NCBI GenBank assembly: GCA_002269645.1
Contig: NIVC01003515.1
Coordinates: 1-64,000, forward strand
Direction: 5' to 3'
Length of the DNA: 64,000 bases
Origin: Macrostomum lignano
Lineage: Eukaryota
The translations under genes and the position numbers were made by a program. Under the pieces are notes generated by a model, which was given only the letters and a program-made list of their open reading frames with translations, was not told the DNA's origin and searched no databases. Shown here piece by piece: positions 61,101 to 64,000 of this stretch. How positions within the stretch are numbered: the stretch's first letter is position 1; each line of letters begins with the position of its first letter.

Positions 61101-63890
61101 GTGATTAGAGAACTAGCGAGATTAGATAACTTGTGAGAATAGATAACTATTGAGATTAGATAACTAGTGAGATTAGATTAGACAACTTTTGAGAAAGGCT
61201 ATACTACTGAAATACATATATTAAATATAATGTAAGACTGCACAATACTTTACACCTATATTTAGGACGAGAAGAATCAGATAATTACTACAAATGTTTG
61301 GGTCGAGCAGGTAAGTAAACTCGAAATTTTGCTTTCATCGTTATTTCCAATTTCTGTGAAACTGGAGCAGCGCGAAATCCGATTGACAGGAATGGAGAGA
61401 CGCCAATCTGGTGTGGGATCCGGCTGACTACGGCGGCGTTAGCCGGCTGTATATTCCGTCTGACAAGCTCTGGCTACCGGATATCGTGCTGTATAACAAG
61501 TCAGTCAAGTGGAGCAGGTTTTTTATTATTGCCACTGGTCCAACTCTTGGAGACCTCGAAGGCGTAGAGAGTGAGGTTCCTAAAGGGCCAGGGCGTGAGG
61601 CGGATGTTTCGAGGGGCAGAGAGAGTGATGGTCCTGAAAAGCCAGGGCGTGAGGTGGGTGCTTTGGGGGCAGAGTGAGGGTCCTGAAAGGCCAGGGCGTG
61701 AGGTGGGTGCTTTGGGGGCAGAGTGAGGGTCCTGAAAAGCCAGGGCGTGAGGTGGGTGCTTTGGGGGGCAGAGTGAGGGTCCTGAAAGGCCAGGGCGTGA
61801 GGTGGGTGTTTAGAGAGGCAGAGAGAGTGAGGATCCTGAAAAGCCAGGGCGTGAGGTGGGTGCTTTGGGGGGCAGAGAGAGTGAGGGTTCTGAAAAGCCA
61901 GGGCGTGAGGTGGGTGCTTTGGGGGGCAGAGAGAGTGAGGGTTCTGAAAAGCCAGGGCGTGAGGTGGGTGCTTTGGGGGCATAGTGATAGTTCTGAAAAG
62001 CCAGGGCGTGAGGTTGGTGCTTAATGGAGGGACATTAATGTACATTTGATTTTTCGACTGAGCAAATAAAATGTACATTAAAGCCTGTTGTATTTCAACA
62101 TGACTATAATTGATGCGGCAAAAGATTTAAAAATGAGTTTTCTACTTTTCTATCAGTGCCGACGGAAAATACGAGCTGGTGATCATGACCAAGGCCACAG
62201 TGTTCTCAGACGGCACCGTCCGGTGGGTGCCGCCGGCAGTGTACAAAAGCTCCTGCCAGATTAATGTGGAATTTTTTCCATTCGACGAGCAGAACTGCAC
62301 GATGAAGTTTGGCAGCTGGACCTACGATGGGCACAAAGGTAAAGTTGTTTACACTTTATTAATCTAATTCACTAGCAAGTATTCAGCTTTCCTGCTTTAT
62401 CAAATAATTACAGTCGATCTGCAGCATATTGTGCAAAAATCAAAATCGGTAAGAAACATGTCCGGCCGGGTGACGGTGGACTATGCGGTGGATCTGTCCG
62501 AATATTATCCCAGCGGCGAATGGGATATTCTGCAGTTCTCCGCCATCCGGGACGACATCTATTATCCCTGCTGCGTGGAGCCGTTTCCAGGTGAGTGAAA
62601 CTCCCAGATTCTCAGATCCCAGATCCCCAGATCCCAGATCCTCAGATCCCAGATTCTCCGATCCCAGATCCTCAGATCCCAGATCCTCAGATCCTCAGAT
62701 CCCAGATCCTCAGATCCTCAGATCCCAGATCCTCCAATCCCAGATCCTCAGATCCCAGATCCTCAAATTCCAGATCCTTCGATCCCAGATCCTCAGATCC
62801 CAGATCCTCAGATCCTCAGATCCCAGATCCTCCAATCCCAGATCCTCAGATCCCAGATCCTCAAATTCCAGATCCTTCGATCCCAGATCCTCAGATCCCA
62901 GATCCTCAGATCCCAGATCCTCAGATCCTCAGATCCCAGATCCTCAGATCCTCAGATCCCAGATCCTCAGATCCTCAGATCCCAGATCCTCAGATCCCAG
63001 ATCCTCAGATCCTCAGATCCCAGATCCTCAAATTCCAGATCCTTCGATCCCAGATCCTCAGATCCCAGATCCTCAGATCCTCAGATCCCAGATCCTCCAA
63101 TCCCAGATCCTCAGATCCCAGATCCTCAAATTCCAGATCCTTCGATCCCAGATCCTCAGATCCCAGATCCTCAAATCCCAGATCCTCAGATCCCTGATCC
63201 TCAGATCCTCAGACCCCAGATCCTCATATCCCAGATCGACAGATCCCAGATTCTCCGATCCCAGATCCTCAGATCCCAGATCCTCATATCCCAGATCGAC
63301 AGATCCCAGATTCTCCGATCCCAGATCCTCAGATCCCAGATCCTCAGATTACAGATCCTCAGATCCCAGATTCCTCAGATCCCAGATCCTCAGATCCCAG
63401 ATCCTCAGATCACAGATCCTCAGATCCCAGATTCACAGATCCCAGCTAATCCTTACTCCCGTCGCCAGACGTGACCTTCAACATCCTGCTGAAGCGCAAG
63501 ACCCTGTTCTACGCGGTGAACCTGATCATCCCGTGCGTGAGCATCTCATTCCTGACCGTGACGGTCTTCTACCTGCCATCGGAGAGCGGCGAGAAGATCA
63601 GCCTGTCAATCTCGATTCTGCTGGCTCTGACGGTGTTTTTCTTGCTGCTGGCCGAAATCATTCCGCCAACATCGCTAGTGGTGCCGCTGATTGGCAAGTA
63701 CCTGCTGTTCACCATGATCCTGGTGACGCTGTCCATCATCATCACTGTCGTGGTGCTCAACGTGCACTTTCGCGGCCCGGACACGCACGAGATGTCGCCC
63801 TGGGTTCGAAAACTGTTCCTAGGCCACCTGCCGCGACTGCTGTGCATGCGGAGGCCAAACGAGAACGATGATGGAGAGTTTGAGGCAAGC
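58148..63890 (+). CDS. Nicotinic acetylcholine receptor alpha subunit (cation-type), 5' part; continues beyond the window
   Basis: Exons 58148-58229, 58873-59027, 61266-61310, 61390-61499, 62157-62338, 62414-62590, 63469-~63890 join in phase. Signal peptide; [18 protein letters not shown], Cys-loop [21 protein letters not shown], vicinal YYPCC, TM2 [23 protein letters not shown]. Confidence 0.97.
58465..58830. repeat. 32-bp minisatellite (CACCCACCCCAGATTTCTCTACCCCACTGCAA)n in nAChR intron 1
   Basis: Directly visible, ~11 copies. Confidence 0.96.
60120..61180. repeat. 17-bp minisatellite (TAGTGAGATTAGATAAC)n in nAChR intron 2
   Basis: Directly visible. Confidence 0.97.
61565..62020. repeat. 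~49-55-bp G-rich minisatellite in nAChR intron 4
   Basis: Unit gagtgagggtcctgaaaagccagggcgtgaggtgggtgctttgggggca, ~8 copies. Confidence 0.93.
62600..63445. repeat. (TCAGATCC/CAGATCC)n 7-8-bp compound satellite in nAChR intron 6
   Basis: Directly visible. Confidence 0.96.
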
Positions 63891-64000
63891 GTCAGTCCTA
63901 GATCGGGGGTCATCTGACCTCCATTGACCCCCCCCCCCTAGATTGCATGTTTTCCCCTTTACGCTCGTAGATCGGCCACTGACTCTAAATTTTACTCCTG

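Overview
Animal genomic DNA: GC-rich, CpG-rich exons separated by introns mostly filled with micro- and minisatellites. This architecture resembles the free-living flatworm Macrostomum; that is an inference and the species cannot be proven from the sequence. Gene models were reconstructed by hand with phase-consistent GT-AG junctions. Minus strand: a C2H2 zinc-finger terminal exon (947-1516), S-adenosylmethionine synthetase (27506-31076), and a 14-exon EFCAB6-like EF-hand gene (32426-55193) with one in-frame TAG. Plus strand: an intronless secreted Arg-rich ORF (18275-19000), phosphomannomutase (21706-22974), a GH47 alpha-1,2-mannosidase nested antisense in EFCAB6 intron 1 (48063-52860), and a nicotinic acetylcholine receptor alpha subunit running off the right edge (58148-). 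Mobile DNA: a decayed RNase H-type LINE, an RTE-like LINE, a Penelope-like element with inverted pseudo-LTRs each carrying a minimal hammerhead ribozyme, a Crypton-like fragment, two hAT MITEs with 8-bp TSDs, and two tRNA-derived SINE families. The most unusual signal is two sharply bounded CpG-free, TpA-rich patches. In the first, a LINE fragment carries codon changes explained by CpG decay plus CpA/TpG->TpA transitions, a RIP-like signature in an animal. All counts are hand counts; no searches were run.
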